Shown piece after piece: positions 37,897-53,279 of a stretch of DNA of 64,000 nt (position 1 is the stretch's first letter; each line of letters begins with the position of its first letter). The notes beneath the pieces were generated by a model. That model searched no databases and was not told the DNA's origin. It saw nothing but the letters and a program-made list of their open reading frames with translations. This stretch comes from Octopus vulgaris. Its lineage: Eukaryota. The position numbers and the translations under genes were made by a program. The stretch is taken from contig OX597816.1 of assembly GCA_951406725.2 (NCBI GenBank), forward strand, positions 177,940,001-178,004,000, read 5' to 3'.

Positions 37897-38509
37897 GAAA
37901 AAAGGTTTGAAAATGCAATTTAAACGATGTTTATTTACTTAACCGGTTTCACTCTTTGGTAAAAGATTGTCAAAAGTTACATTTAAGGAAACATTGAATA
38001 ATATGGGTTCAAAAAAGTTTTTTACATAATTGTCACATTGAATATTATGCATTCAAAAAAGTTTTTTACATAATTGTCACATTGGATATTATGAATTCAA
38101 AAATGTTTTTTTATACATAATTGTCACATTATTTGGGAAAATTTGGCAGAAAAGGATAAAACAAATATATTATTGGGAATTGGTTGCGTTAATTATTGGT
38201 TGTCGCAAATTGTCACATTACATGTATATATATACAATCTTTGGTATATATATACAGCGTTTTGACAGCAAAAATTAAAATGGATTTTTTGTACATCTCA
38301 GAATATTTTAAGTATGTTTTTACTGACCTGTCAGTATTAGCAGAAATGCTGAACTGAGAGAACAGAAGAAGTAGCCAATGTGGTGTATACTTCCCCTTTA
38401 TGCATGAATAATTTTGGGGTTATCAGGAGGTTAGTATGCGGGTGTGAATAGATGTGTCCGTGCCTGCTGGTCAGACAGCGTCTGTTTGTCACACACATAT
38501 ATATACACA

Positions 38510-38577
<68 letters not shown>

Positions 38578-38702
38578 ACATACAAACAACACACACACAC
38601 ACAGAACACACACACCCACACACAACGCACCCACATATATCACATATACACACAGCACACAAATATAACATGTATCTATATATAACATACACAGATATAT
38701 AA

Positions 38703-38758
<56 letters not shown>

Positions 38759-39304
38759 TACATACATAATATAAATATCACACAAATACACCTAGCATAT
38801 ATATACACACATACAATACACACATACAGCATGTAAGTAATATACATACACAATATATGCATGCAATATACATACGCAATACATACATATAATATATATA
38901 TATATAGACAATGCATATACATATATACACATATACATATAAATAGTGTTTACATACACATACATAGATGTACCACATATACACACAACACACATACATA
39001 CAATGCATACACATACACGTACGCATACATATAATATATATATACACACACACACACATAACATACATACACACACAATGCATACATATATATACACGCA
39101 ATGCATATACATGTATTCATGCATATATAGCACACCTACAATATACATATATACAGTGCACACATACACACAAATATATACACTTAATTGTACAGTACAT
39201 ATACAATACACATACATACAATATACATATACACAATGCGCATGCAAATAATGTACATGTTTATACACACATAAACATGCAAATAAATATACACACACAC
39301 ACAT

Positions 39305-39341
<37 letters not shown>

Positions 39342-39468
39342 AAAAACAGATACATATGTAAATACATACACACGTACACAATGCTCACACACACACACAT
39401 ACACACATGTGTGTATGTGTGTGTGTGTGAGCATTGTGTACGTGTGTATGTATTTACATATGTATCTG

Positions 39469-39525
<57 letters not shown>

Positions 39526-40314
39526 ATATGCATGGTATGTGTGTATATGTTAGTACTTTGTTTGTGTGTGTGTGCGGCATGTAGAGATATATTTGAGTGT
39601 GTACGCTATAGGTTTGTAATTTGTGTGTGTGGGGGGTGGTGAATTTTTTATATATATATATGTGTGTGTATGTGTGTGAAAAAATATATGTATGTGCATG
39701 TATGTATGTATGTATGTATGTGTGTATATATATATATATATATGTGTATATATATGTGTGTGTGTGTATGTGTGTGTGTGTATATTTATTTGCATGTTTA
39801 TGTGTGTATAAACATGTACATTATTTGCATGCGCATTGTGTATATGTATATTGTATGTATGTGTATTGTATATGTACGTGTACAATTAAGTGTATATATT
39901 TGTGTGTATGTGTGCACTGTATATATGTATATTGTAGGTGTGCTATATATGCATGAATACATGTATATGCATTGCGTGTATATATATGTATGCATTGTGT
40001 GTGTATGTATGTTATGTGTGTGTGTGTGTATATATATATTATATGTATGCGTACGTGTATGTGTATGCATTGTATGTATGTGTGTTGTGTGTATATGTGG
40101 TACATCTATGTATGTGTATGTAAACACTATTTATATGTATATGTGTATATATGTATATGCATTGTCTATATATATATATATTATATGTATGTATTGCGTA
40201 TGTATATTGCATGCATATATTGTGTATGTATATTACTTACATGCTGTATGTGTGTATTGTATGTGTGTATATATATGCTAGGTGTATTTGTGTGATATTT
40301 ATATTATGTATGTA

Positions 40315-40360
<46 letters not shown>

Positions 40361-41191
40361 GTGTGTGTATGTGTGTTATATATCTGTGTATGTTATATAT
40401 AGATACATGTTATATTTGTGTGCTGTGTGTATATGTGATATATGTGGGTGCGTTGTGTGTGGGTGTGTGTGTTCTGTGTGTGTGTGTGTTGTTTGTATGT
40501 GGTGTGTGTTTGTATACTATGTGTGTGTGTGTGTGTGTTGTTGTTGTGTGTGTGTGTTGTTGTGTGTGTGTGTGTTTGTGTGTATATATATGTGTGTGAC
40601 AAACAGACGCTGTCTGACCAGCAGGCACGGACACATCTATTCACACCCGCATACTAACCTCCTGATAACCCCAAAATCATTCATGCATAAAGGGGAAGTA
40701 TACACCACATTGGCTACTTCTTCTGTTCTCTCAGTTCAGCCTTTCTGCTAATACTGACAGGTCAGTAAAAACATACTTAAAATATTCTGAGATGTACAAA
40801 AAATCCATTTTAATTTTTGCTGTCAAAACGCTGTATATATATACCAAAGATTGTATATATATACATGTAATGTGACAATTTGCGACAACCAATAATTAAC
40901 GCAACCAATTCCCAATAATATATTTGTTTTATCTTTTTCTGCCAAATTTTCCCAAATAATGTGACAATTATGTATAAAAAAACATTTTTGAATTCATAAT
41001 ATCCAATGTGACAATTATGTAAAAAACTTTTTTGAATGCATAATATTCAATGTGACAATTATGTAAAAAACTTTTTTTGAACCCATATTATTCAATGTTT
41101 CCTTAAATGTAACTTTTGACAATCTTTTACCAAAGAGTGAAACCGGTTAAGTAAATAAACATCGTTTAAATTGCATTTTCAAACCTTTTTT
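37897..41191. repeat. ~3.3-kb near-perfect palindrome (inverted duplication)
   Basis: 37897-38500 is the reverse complement of ~40590-41191 with few mismatches. The inner CA/TG-rich arms also mirror each other. Centre at CACACATGTGTG (~39402-39413). Confidence 0.93.
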
Positions 41192-41193
41192 TT

Positions 41194-41254
<61 letters not shown>

Positions 41255-41411
41255 AAATATCGACGAAATCACTGACACTGGTCAAGCATTTCGATTAAGA
41301 AAATATAAGATTTTTATCAAGCCCTAAGCGGAACCCAACACATTATAGGTAGATACAACAGACTGTAGGTGTAATTATCTGTAATAACAAAGTATCGATT
41401 GATAAATAACT

Positions 41412-41962
<551 letters not shown>

Positions 41963-42141
41963 GAATTGTATATGAGTTTTTCTATAAGCTGTGATTTCTC
42001 TAACTCGCACCAACACCCGAGAGCATCAATGATAAACTGGTTTATAGTGTTGAGACTGAGTAGAAGTTCGTTTGTGGCTATCATTAAGTTCTTCGTTGGA
42101 AATGTGAGTTGCGATCAACAGATGATTTGAGAATATCTTAC

Positions 42142-42560
42142 ATGCGCAGGAGTGGCTGTGTGGTAAGTAGCTTGCTAGCCAACCACATGGTTGCGGGTTC
42201 AGTCCCACTGCGTGGCATCTTGGGCAAGTGTCTTCTGCTATAGCCCCGGGCCGACCAATGCCTTGTGAGTGGATTTGGTAGACGGAAACTGAAAGAAGCC
42301 TGTCGTATATATGTATATATATATATATGTGTGTGTGTGTGTTTGTGTGTCTGTGTTTGTCCCCCTAGCATTGCTTGACAACCGATGCTGGTGTGTCTAC
42401 GTCCCCGCCACTTAGCGGTTCGGCAAAAGAGACCGATAGAATAAGTACTGGGCTTACAAAGAATAAGTTCCGGGGTTGATCTGATCGACTAAAGGCGGTG
42501 CTCCAGCATGGCCGCAGTCAAATGACTGAAACAAGTAAATGAGTAAAAGAGTAAAAGAGA
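42142..42560 (+). mobile_element. SINE family A, full length
   Basis: Near-identical to the reverse complement of 2018-2428. Confidence 0.92.
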
Positions 42561-43204
42561 GTATGTCATAATGACTTGTAACACATTCTTTTGAAAGACT
42601 TCTGAAGAAAGATTAATTCCTATTCCCTTCACCATGCGTTCGAATACCGCCGAGGCCAGCTTTACCTTTCAGCCTTTCAGGATTGATAAACAAAAGTACC
42701 AATTCAAAACCATAAATTGCTAGAACTTAGAGAATATCAGACTGCATACCTAGTGGGTATTTGTTCTTTGCGTTCTGAGTTCAAATACCGCAATGGTCTA
42801 CTTGTATGATAGATTAGTTCAAATACTGCAATGGTCTACTTGTATGATAGATTTAATATGAAGCCAGGTATCTTGGGCTACTTCAGTGGAATCCACATTG
42901 TTCCAACCACTCAGGCCAAGTTTTTGGTTTGACGATTCCGACTGTCAGCGTCGGTGGCCTTCACGCCAGGCTTTAAAAGAAAGTAAGAAAGAAATACTAT
43001 TTGAAGAGGTATTCTTCAGCACTGAATAATCAGCAGTAAATCAAACGAACGTTTAGTCTTCATTCTGTGTAACGGACTTCGATGCACGCGAAATTTAATC
43101 ATTGGGTGTACTCGATGTCTAATCATTAACAAACATCTATTGAATAACAGAATTATTCTTTCAAAATTAAGCACGCGACCAGCCAATACCATCGACACCA
43201 ATAC

Positions 43205-43540
43205 GAGGCTGGTACTTTATTTTACCGAAATGGTGAACGGCGGAATTTGAATTGAGAATGTACAGGTGGAACAGATACTTATTTCTTTACTACCCACAAG
43301 GGGCTAAACACAGAGAGGACAAACAAGGACAGACAAACGGATTAAGTCGTTTATATCGACCCCAGTGCGTAACTGGTACTTATTTAATCGACCCCGAAAG
43401 GATGAAAGGTAAAGTGGACCTCGGCGGAATTTGAACGTAGCGGCAGACGAAATACGGCTACGCATTTCGCCCGGTGTGCTAACGTTTCTGCCAGCTCAGG
43501 CATTTTTCTCGACGCTCTCACGATTTTGCCAATTCACCGC
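43205..43540 (-). mobile_element. SINE family B, young copy nested in an older copy
   Basis: Young copy ~43278-43498 (GAGCTGGCAGAAACGTTAGCAC head; GTTTGTCTGTCCTTGTTTGTCC tail), flanked by diverged halves of the same family. Confidence 0.8.
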
Positions 43541-43914
43541 CATATAATGGGTTATAGACTAATAAATTACCATGAGCACACAAAAATAAACGAGATTAAA
43601 ATTAAAAATTAACATTTATTTTAAATCTAGCGCTTGTCCGTTGCCAAGGCGATATCATGCAGCAACAAATAAATATAAGATTAAAAAAAAAGACTCCCTT
43701 TAAAAGCGTATACGTTTTAATTACATTTTACAAGCATTGATAGATCCAATCTTAACCATGTTTTTTCCTGTCAATTAAATTCTGCTTACAAGATATTGGT
43801 CAACTTAATCTTGTGGTGGAACACACATTACCAATATGCTGCGCTGATATATTGATCCCGGATCTACGCGGTTTCGATATCAACTTTTTATTAACCATAC
43901 AACCACGTCTGTAA

Positions 43915-44133
43915 TATTGATTTCAAATTTTAGCACAAGGCCAGCAATTTCAGGGAAGGAGTTAAGTCGATAACATCGACCCCCAAAGTTAAACTAGTAC
44001 TAATTTTTTCGACCCCGAAAGGATGAAAGGCAAAGTCGACTTAGGTGGAATTTGAACTCAAATAGTAGAGATGGATGAAATACCGTTAGGCGTTTTACCC
44101 GGGGTGCTAACGATTCTGCCAGCCCGCTGCCTT
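43915..44133 (-). mobile_element. SINE family B
   Basis: CGACCCCGAAAGGATGAAAGGCAAAGTCGAC core and GCTAACGATTCTGCCAGC head (reverse). Confidence 0.82.
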
Positions 44134-46479
44134 AAACCCACATCTCTAATATTCCAACAAGAAACTTGCTTTTTCAGGATATCAATAACTTATCAAGAAT
44201 TCCACCAAGTCAGAACACCGCCCTTTATCCAATAAACGTTTTCCATTCCTTTTACAAATATATCACATCCATATTTGTATGCACTGATTTATATGCACGT
44301 CGTAATACTGAAAGAAATGAAATAATTCGACGATAATTACAGTGCTTGCAAGAAGAATGTCACAAAAGAATTGTCACATGTTTATTAATCCTTTGTAATT
44401 TTCAAATTCGTTTATTGGAAGCGAGCAAGTCAGAAAATATTTACAAAGCTTCGATGAGTTTGTTTAGTTACAAAATTCAATAAATCAATACAAGTGTTTC
44501 CTTTTTCCCCTGCGTCGTCCAATGCATAATGTATTTTATTGCTTTACTTTAGTTCCGCCTTTTCTAGCTCTTCTGGAGAACTTCGAGTGAAACTCAGCTA
44601 CTTTTATTCACTAAAAAATCCTCGATGAAGCAGTGACAAGCTGACAGGAAATAGGAAATATAATTTTAAGAACAAAAGTCTCCAAACAATGCAGTATACT
44701 TTCTGAAAACTATATAAACTTTCTTTGTGTGTGTGTATGCTTGTATTTGTTGTAGCTGGCCTAATCGATATGTTTCATAGACAAACGCGTCGTAATTTAT
44801 TACGTTGCACAGTACCAAATAAAGCCAAGCGACAGTCTTTAGAGCATCATGCAAAATACTTTGTAATATTTGTTCCGATTCTCTGTGTTTTGAGTTCAAA
44901 TACCGCCAAGGTCGTCTGTCATCTATTTGAATCGATAAAGATGTATGAATCCAAGCCAATAGATTGGCAGGAATCTAAGAACGTCGAATTGGATATCATG
45001 TATTTGTACTGGCTTTTTGTGTTCTAAGATCAGCCTTGCTATCGCCTACTTGAGTGGTATAATTAACTAGGTGCCCATTTTGACACCGCCACTCGGTATC
45101 TTGTGTGTTTTAACAGAGTCCACTCTGTTGCAGATATTAGAGCCAAGTTTCTTATTTAAGGATACTTTCCTCCCTTCCTACCGACCTATCTCAGAGACCC
45201 TGTAACAGGTCATGAGCAAAACCTTCTATCTATACAAAAAAAAAAGACATTTTACTCTCAACCAACCTAACAGCATTTTATAATCAGAAGATATATCATA
45301 TAAATAGATGAGTTTTTCCTTCGAAAGTCGTATCCTTGTTGGCATTTGCCCCGTCTAAATTCTTCAGTTTCGTTTCTGCTTCGCAAACCTTTCGATTCCA
45401 ACCTATCAAATACTAACACAACGGTGTTATAACTGATGATTTTCTTGAACAATGATCGTAAATTACAAAATCTTTTCTCACCTTAAATCTCTTCATTTCT
45501 TCGTTGACCGTCAATACATATTCTGTGGAAACAACATTATTGTTCTCAATAAAAGCTTCGAATGTATCCTCGACTGTTTTACTTCGTACTAAATATACTC
45601 ACCTTTGCACATCTATGTATCATGCATGGTAATCTTCTTAAAACGCTTACTTTACAATCGTAGGATTTTGAATTCGATGCCAAAGCTTTACACCTTAACC
45701 AAGTGTTTATAAGAGTCTCATGTGACCGAAATCTTGTAAATGAAATTGAATAAAGAAAAGCTGCGAAGAAGTCCAACGGATAGACAGTGTTTGTTTGCTG
45801 CAGATCTAGCCTATCGTTTTGTTTAATACCTCAATCTTGCCCCCCCTGCCCCAAATGGCTTTAGCAGAATCTACTCACATGCAAACATATAGGCCAAAAC
45901 CTCGGATACCACGATTCCTTTGGGGCGTTGCTTCCCACGGTAGAAACGCATGAGTCGTGATTTCTTTGACCATTATTTCAGCAGTCTTAGTGGGCTTGCA
46001 AAAATGTAATGGATGCTACTGTTACTTTGACTAAACCATTAAAAAATATGCATTTTTCTTAATAGAATTTTCAATAGTTTAAATCTAGGATTTCGGTAGA
46101 ACAATTTTGTAGAATCAGTTCCTCTTTATTTTCTAAAATTAACTCACAAGAAAGAAAACTAAGATGCAATATATTTCTTATACATTATTTTTCTTTTCTT
46201 TAACATTTTAAGATCAATCGCACATTTTTAGTTTGGAATATCTGCATGTTTCAATGATCCACTACCTCAATCAATAAACTCAACTAAAAAAATCTGATAC
46301 ATTGCTCGAAACGCTAGATTTTTCTCATCTTTTCTGAAGTCATATTAACTTTACCTATCCATGTTTATCGCCATTAGTCTCCGTCGATTCTACAGCTTAA
46401 TTTCGAATTTGCACAAGACTCGATCATCGTTCAGATGTCTTTTTCCAAAACAATTTCATTGGCTAATTAAAAATTAACT

Positions 46480-47940
46480 TAGTTCACTGAATCCACCCAA
46501 CTATACGGTTATTATATCAGCCAATGTACACCTGTCTCGGTGCCATCCACTTGACCCGCGAACAGCTCAATTTCTTAATCGCTTTCGTCAACTTTTAAAC
46601 ATTTTACCCAAGGTCTCACATTGACCATTACCACTACTTGTGCTAACTTCCTGGACATCATCTATATTGGTCATGCTAACCTCTCGGCTTCTGTTTTTCA
46701 CAATCACACCAACTCCCACCCATATTACTATTTCACTGCATCCCTTCCCACTCATACCAAATCTCTTATCCACTGCCTGCATTTCCTTCACCTTCATCGC
46801 CTTTGTAATTATGACTTCGAATTTGAAATCTGCTTGCATCCACTGCTTATCACAGTACTTCCCCATCCTCGATCAGCCGTTACTAATTTCTGACACCATT
46901 CCCTCATAGTTGACCACGTCTCTGCACTCATGCACCACGTTACAACTGATCACCTTCCATGTCTCACCTACTATCCCGCCACATACCCTATCCGGTGTAC
47001 CATTTTACCGCACTTCCACCGCCTCCACTCTGACCCTTTTACTTGTCACATCATCCGGAACACCTCCTTTATTTCTGACACGATCGCCGTCTGCATTTAG
47101 TCTCTCATCACTCTTTACTCTGCTGCCACACTTTTCCTTTCATCCAGAACATCATTACACTGCTGGACGAACATCTTCGATTTTGCTGACTGTTTCACTT
47201 TTTATAGCAAGAACATTATTTAATGCATAAAATACAAGTTTTGAGGTGGCGTGTTCAGTGTTGGACAAACACGTTGCACTTGAATTCATATTAGAGAGTA
47301 CCTTTTAGATGCTTGTTGTAACACTTCAATTTTCCTACCCACACCTCCCTACAGGCTGCTGTCTGTGGGGTTGTTTTACACTATGGCTCTCCTATTCACA
47401 CTTGCACCGTAAACAACTAAATTTTCACCTTAACACAGCCAAGACAACAGCGATAAGTAATAACCTTGTTCCCTTTAAGACGCCACCCACCAGATTAACA
47501 CAACATTTGCGCTAAACACTACATGCACATACACATACGCACAACACACACACATACACAACTTGGTCCCACATATTTCCTTACACTCACATACATGCTT
47601 CCCCACACACGCACACATACTCACACAACTTGATTGCACTCACCCTCTCGGACATCTTCACGCGCACGAGGGCACACAAAAACACACGTAAGTACATACA
47701 TGCATTAAAGATCCATAAACATCGATCTCCACGGCATCACTCTGTTGGTTGAAGCACATCGTGCTGCCTCCTCTCAACCATCCACTTCTGTTGTTTGTTT
47801 ACCATGGTCGGTGACAAAGAAACATGTCTTCTCTGCCTGTTTTTTCTTCTTTAATGCACTCGACGGAGCACAAGTGACGAAAGCATTGAACATTCCTCTA
47901 TTTATTTCTGAAAGAATAAACTGATTTACCTTCATCTCTC
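46480..47940 (+). mobile_element. Highly decayed Penelope-like element, second family
   Basis: 46621-46893 reads FLDI..NSHPYY.FTASLPTHTKSLI..HFLHLHRLC, which resembles the PLE RT C-terminal consensus. GIY-YIG-like tail QLNFHLNT near 47410. Boundaries approximate. Confidence 0.6.
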
Positions 47941-47985
<45 letters not shown>

Positions 47986-47988
<3 letters not shown>

Positions 47989-48072
47989 TTGAGCAGTTTT
48001 ATTTCAAGATTTCTTACCAATAGAGAAAGAGTCGGTTTCTAACCTAGTTCCAAGGCTCCTTCACTGGAATTT

Positions 48073-48126
<54 letters not shown>

Positions 48127-49000
48127 TTGAGCAGTTTTATTTCAAGATTTCTTACCAATAGAGAAAGAGTCGGTTTCTAACCTAGATCCAAGGCTCCTTC
48201 ACTGGAATTTCAACATCAGCAGGGTATTTTCTATGTATGTATGTATGTATACGTGCAGATTTTTATGTTTTCTTTTATGAATGTATTCTCATGCATATGC
48301 TTGCATAACTAAGCATGCTCATATATACTTAAATGATGAACTTCTGGAAAGTTTGCACATTTTTACTGTTCCAGTGATGGATTGGATCTATAGCTTTCGA
48401 ATCAGCTTTCTTCTTTCTGGTTTTGAGAAGCCTAATTTCTCAAGATTGTGCTTGGGTAGCGTGTTACATATCTCAGTGCCCCAACAATTACAGGTATAAG
48501 CCTGAACTTGTAATCTGGACAGAGTAACTGTAAATTCCTCAATAGTTCAGCGTAGCTATTTTCCTTTTCGCTGATCTTTAATTCTACATTAACATCCGCA
48601 GGCTAGTTCATTTCCACAACTGTACAGTTTCTCTTCTCTATCTCAAATCACTATATCAAGTCCATTATGTTTATATTTCATTGATTTTTTCACTGGGACA
48701 TTCCGCTAGTACTCCTTTTTATTATGAGTGGCTATGACTTCTACCATACTATGAGTTCTTATTTCTTTGGCCTCGGGGTTATCCTTTCCACGGATCTCAT
48801 TTTATAGTGTCTTCACTACTACAGCATGTTTCATTGGTAAATAAAACCGTGATAACATTTTCGGACAACTGTTTATGATGTGGGTGAAATCTTCGGTGTC
48901 AACTCCACAAAGACTGCATCGGTTATCACATTTTATTGCTTTTCCGGCGTCTCAGTCTCTTTTGTGCATCAGGTATTTGGTTGATATTTCCTGTTCTTGA
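47986..49000 (-). mobile_element. 3' fragment of an RLE-type non-LTR element (R4/Dong-like)
   Basis: Minus strand: CSLCGVDTEDFTHIINSC finger (~48866-48918), HNGLDIVI (degenerate RPD), EKENSYAELLRNLQ, IPVIVGAL. The ~90-bp 3' end is duplicated (47986-48078 and 48124-48215) and separated by (TA)n. Confidence 0.75.
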
Positions 49001-49559
49001 ATTATGTATGTATGTATAGTTTTTTTTTTTCTTTCTGAAACACATTATAATACTTTCCATTAGCGTATGCTGAAGCAATCTTCTGGATTACCGTTGGATT
49101 TATTAACAATATCCTTTTATAGCAAAACTATTTCGAAATAACTGAAAGTTCGTTGAAACTGAGCAGTAACTAATTGACAAGAGTGATCTATATTTTATGT
49201 ATTTGAAGAAATAATTGTGACTGCACTTCAACAGATAATCATCCAGCGATAAAGCCTTTACGTGGTCACTCGAACTGATAGAAATAAGCAAAAGTCCCTG
49301 AAATCACAGTCTACCATCTCAAAAACAGAAGAATTTGTTGGATAATATAGTCCTGTAGATACAAAAGATAGCGTGTTCTATATTGAAAATAACGTAAAGT
49401 TGATTTTGATATATTTTGTACAAGAAATATTCAGCAATTGAAGGTTTTCTATTATAGTAAACAAGTAAATCACATGTAATGTTTAATATATAACGTCGCA
49501 TTTTTAGAAGTTTTCACTTTAATTTCCTTATTCTAATTTAATATAAGCAAACAGCTGCT

Positions 49560-49745
49560 CTACACTCGGGAAGTGAAAAAGTCTTTAACGTTTCGAACCT
49601 ACGCTCTTCCACAGAAAGAAACAAGGAGAGAAAATGAAGAATGTGTAGTGGCTAGCGATCTATCATGGCGAATGCCGGACAGAAGGATCATACGGGAGAG
49701 CTAGGGAGAAGGGGAGATAATAAAGTAGTGGTGATCTTAAAACGG
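49560..49745 (-). mobile_element. Penelope-terminus-like repeat with hammerhead-like remnant
   Basis: Reverse of CTGTGGAAGAGCGTAGGTTCGAAACGTTAAAGAC. A related copy lies at 52604-52730 (+). Confidence 0.5.
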
Positions 49746-50230
49746 TGCATGTGTATAAGAGAGTTTGTATGTGCGTATGGAAGAGGGCTGGTGATCTTGA
49801 CGTTTGTGTGTGTGTATGTGTAGGTGTGAAAATGTGGGTTTGGGAAGAGGTCAGTGCTGGTGTGTGCGTGGTCGTGTGTGGTGTGGTTGTGTGTGGTGTG
49901 GTTTGATGGTGTTGGAAGGTGGGGGAGGCAAGAGTGGGGAAAGCAGGGGTGGGGTGTGGGTTAGGCTGAGTGTGGGGGGTAGAGTTGGGGTGTGTGGGAG
50001 TGGATGTAAGGGATGGGGTAGAGTGGGATGGGGAAGGATAGGGAAGGTAGGGTGGAATGTGTAGGGGTGGGGTGAGCTTAAGAGGGAGGGGTGACGATGA
50101 AGGGGGAAGGAGAAGGTGGGTAGGAGTGAAGAGAAGAAAGAATGAGAGTAGGAGTGAAGAGGAGAAGTAGGAGTCGGAGCAAGTTCGCAATTTAGAACCG
50201 AAAGGCAACAAGTATAATCCACGCTAAATT

Positions 50231-50499
50231 GACGGAGAGTGCTAGTAAGCACCAGCATTGCTAGAAATAACAGTCAAATCAACTCTTAGTCACGTGAAAG
50301 CAATTTTCTAACGACGGAGTAATGGGTCACTGAAGAAGCTTAACCGAATCTGAAATCAGCGCTGATATTAGTCCATCTCGCTTGTCGTAGGAAGGGAGCC
50401 TGTCTCCCTTGTCAGTCATTAGAAAAGTGTTCTCACGTGGCTATGAGTTGTTTTGACTCTTATTTCTAGCAATGCTGATGCTTACTAGCACCCTCCGTC
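50231..50499. repeat. Short foldback / MITE-like inverted repeat
   Basis: GACGGAGAGTGCTAGTAAGCACCAGCATTGCTAGAAATAA pairs with TTATTTCTAGCAATGCTGATGCTTACTAGCACCCTCCGTC. Confidence 0.8.
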
Positions 50500-50518
50500 A
50501 TCTTTAGAGACGACTATA

Positions 50519-50617
<99 letters not shown>

Positions 50618-50648
50618 TCACACACACACGCATACATACATACATACA

Positions 50649-50711
<63 letters not shown>

Positions 50712-50754
50712 TTATGTATACATATGAATATATAAATATATATAATCGCATATA

Positions 50755-51265
50755 CAGGGTGACCCTACCAAAAAACAGAATCCATAAAAATTTAATTAAA
50801 TCCTACAGAGGTCCAGCAAATTTCAAGAAACTTCGGTCTCTGTACGATCATTCCCTCTGCATGTAAGTCATATTCTTTTCAAAATATGCTCCAAATGGCA
50901 TACGTCATGCAAACACTTGCATACATCGCACAAAATTGTCAATTACTCGAACACATTTTTCTTTGGGGATTTCCTTGATTTCTGCTGTGATTGCTGCCTT
51001 CAGTTCTCCAATCGTTCTGGTAAAAATCTGGAAAGGGGAGAATCAAGTCCGGTGAATGCGGTGCCCACTTAACGTCATACTTCCTGCTGACCAATCTTTC
51101 CTGAAATCGCTCTCTCAGCCAGGTTAGGGACTCATTTGATGCCTGGTGGCTAGCCCCGTTTTGCTGGAACCACTGTTCATTTCGATCTCTCCCTCTGCAT
51201 CGTTTTATTCAAACAGTTTTATTGAAAGATTTGTGGGGTTTTTTGGTGGGGGGGGGGTCACCCTG
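50755..51265 (-). mobile_element. Internally deleted Tc1/mariner element
   Basis: Short TIRs CAGGGTGACCC and GGGTCACCCTG. Minus-strand remnants QWFQQNGASH and KWAPHSPDL. Confidence 0.75.
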
Positions 51266-52095
51266 TTTTATACGTATATATAAATATATAGATACATATA
51301 TATAAATATGTATGTGTACTTATATCTTTTTTTTTTAACACCATCCAGTACATTAGACCTTGGAAGACATTGTGCGGCTGCGTTTTAAAGATAGACACTT
51401 ATTTGTATTAACTCTCTCTACTTGGTGATATTTCACAAGATTATTATTCTTTTATTCTTTTATTTGTTTTAGTCATTTGACTGCGACCATACTGGTTTTA
51501 GTCGAACAAATCGACTCCAGAACTTTTTTTTTTAATTTTTAGAAGCCTAGTACTTATCCTCGTAACTTTTTTGCAAGTTACGGGGACATAAACACACCAA
51601 CACCGGTTGTCAAGCGGTAATTGGGAAACAAAGATACACACTCACACGCACACACGCACGTATACCCCCACACACAATAAATATATATGCATTCATATAT
51701 AAATATATATATACATATATACATGTGTGTGAGCGTCTTCTGGTGTGTATGTGAAAGTATGTTTGTGTATGAATATACGTTTAAGTACTTAATGTTTCTT
51801 TATGCAGGACGATAAATAAGAACTTCATTTAACATTTTCTTACAGTTTAGATATTTTATATATTTGTAATTCTATCGTTGCTCTTTTATCTTAAATATCT
51901 TTGACATACGTGTGAGTATGTGTGTGCGTGTGTATGTAGGTGTGCCTGCGCGCGTGTTGAACACACATATTAGCCATTCAAATACAATTCAGTGGAATTG
52001 TTTCAGTGACCAGGTACTACTAAAATTGTGACACCAAATAATAAATGTTGAAGTGAAAATAACAGTCTTTGAACGTTTTCGAATGACTATGTTTT

Positions 52096-52140
<45 letters not shown>

Positions 52141-52158
52141 GAGAGAGAGAGAGGTAGG

Positions 52159-52256
<98 letters not shown>

Positions 52257-52290
52257 CAGTCATATATATATGTGTGTGTGTTTGTATACG

Positions 52291-52333
<43 letters not shown>

Positions 52334-52385
52334 AAAAGTCGAACGACGAGAATGAGTGCTCAACACCGCATTGGTGGATAACATT

Positions 52386-52592
52386 TATTTGCGTATTAAG
52401 GCTACAATTAGTTTCATGTTAAGAAGCATATCTTAAATATCTTAACAATTTTCAAGCCCATACATGGGGGAATGGTGTTCGTCTCCAAAATGAAGATAAA
52501 CACCATTCCTCCATGTGATCGGTTTGAAATATTTTAAAGACATTTTAGATATATTTCTTAACATGAAACCAGTGGTAGCCTTAATACACAAA
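52386..52592. repeat. Imperfect ~200-bp palindrome
   Basis: GTATTAAGGCTAC..TTTCATGTTAAGAA mirrored by TTCTTAACATGAAA..GTAGCCTTAATAC. Confidence 0.78.
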
Positions 52593-53181
52593 TATATATA
52601 TATTCCTTTCTGTTGAAGAGCGTAGGCTCAAAACGTAAAAGACTTTCTCACTTCCCCGAGCGTCAAACTAATGCACCTGTTTGTTGTTCATACAGCTGTC
52701 TTCGTCGTTTGTTTTTCTGTAAATTTCAACTATATATATATACATACATAGACAGCCACTCCTACCAAAATTCTTACTATAAATTCTTCCGATTGACCCT
52801 AAAAGACACTAAGTGCAATCACACAAATACATAAACAGCCACAACCACACACACACACACACACACAAGCACATACACGTGTTATCATTACACACTCACA
52901 CACAGACCCGCGCGCCCGCACATACCTCCTCTTGCACTCTCCTGTCTTTGAAAGAACTTTTTCTTCACAGATACCCTTCCGGTCATTTCAATAAGTGACG
53001 GCGTCGGTATCGTTGGTGATTTTCTTTCTCCGTCTTCCCTTCTTTGGACTTTTTCTATATTTCTGATGAAGAGCTCGGTACGAAACGTGAAATCCTCTTT
53101 CTTTTCCTGAGGCCCAATAACACTCTACAGATTCCACGTCCTCGCGTTGTTGTTTTTTCTTGCTTGTTCATGTTTGGATTG

Positions 53182-53279
<98 letters not shown>

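Noticed and set aside
42142-42215. tRNA gene
   Set aside because: A/B boxes are present but continue into SINE body and tail, with no complete cloverleaf. These are SINE heads.
49850-50180. G-rich tract and Pro/His/Thr-rich ORF 49663-50211
   Set aside because: Low-complexity sequence attached to a repeat terminus. G-quadruplex potential is unspecific.
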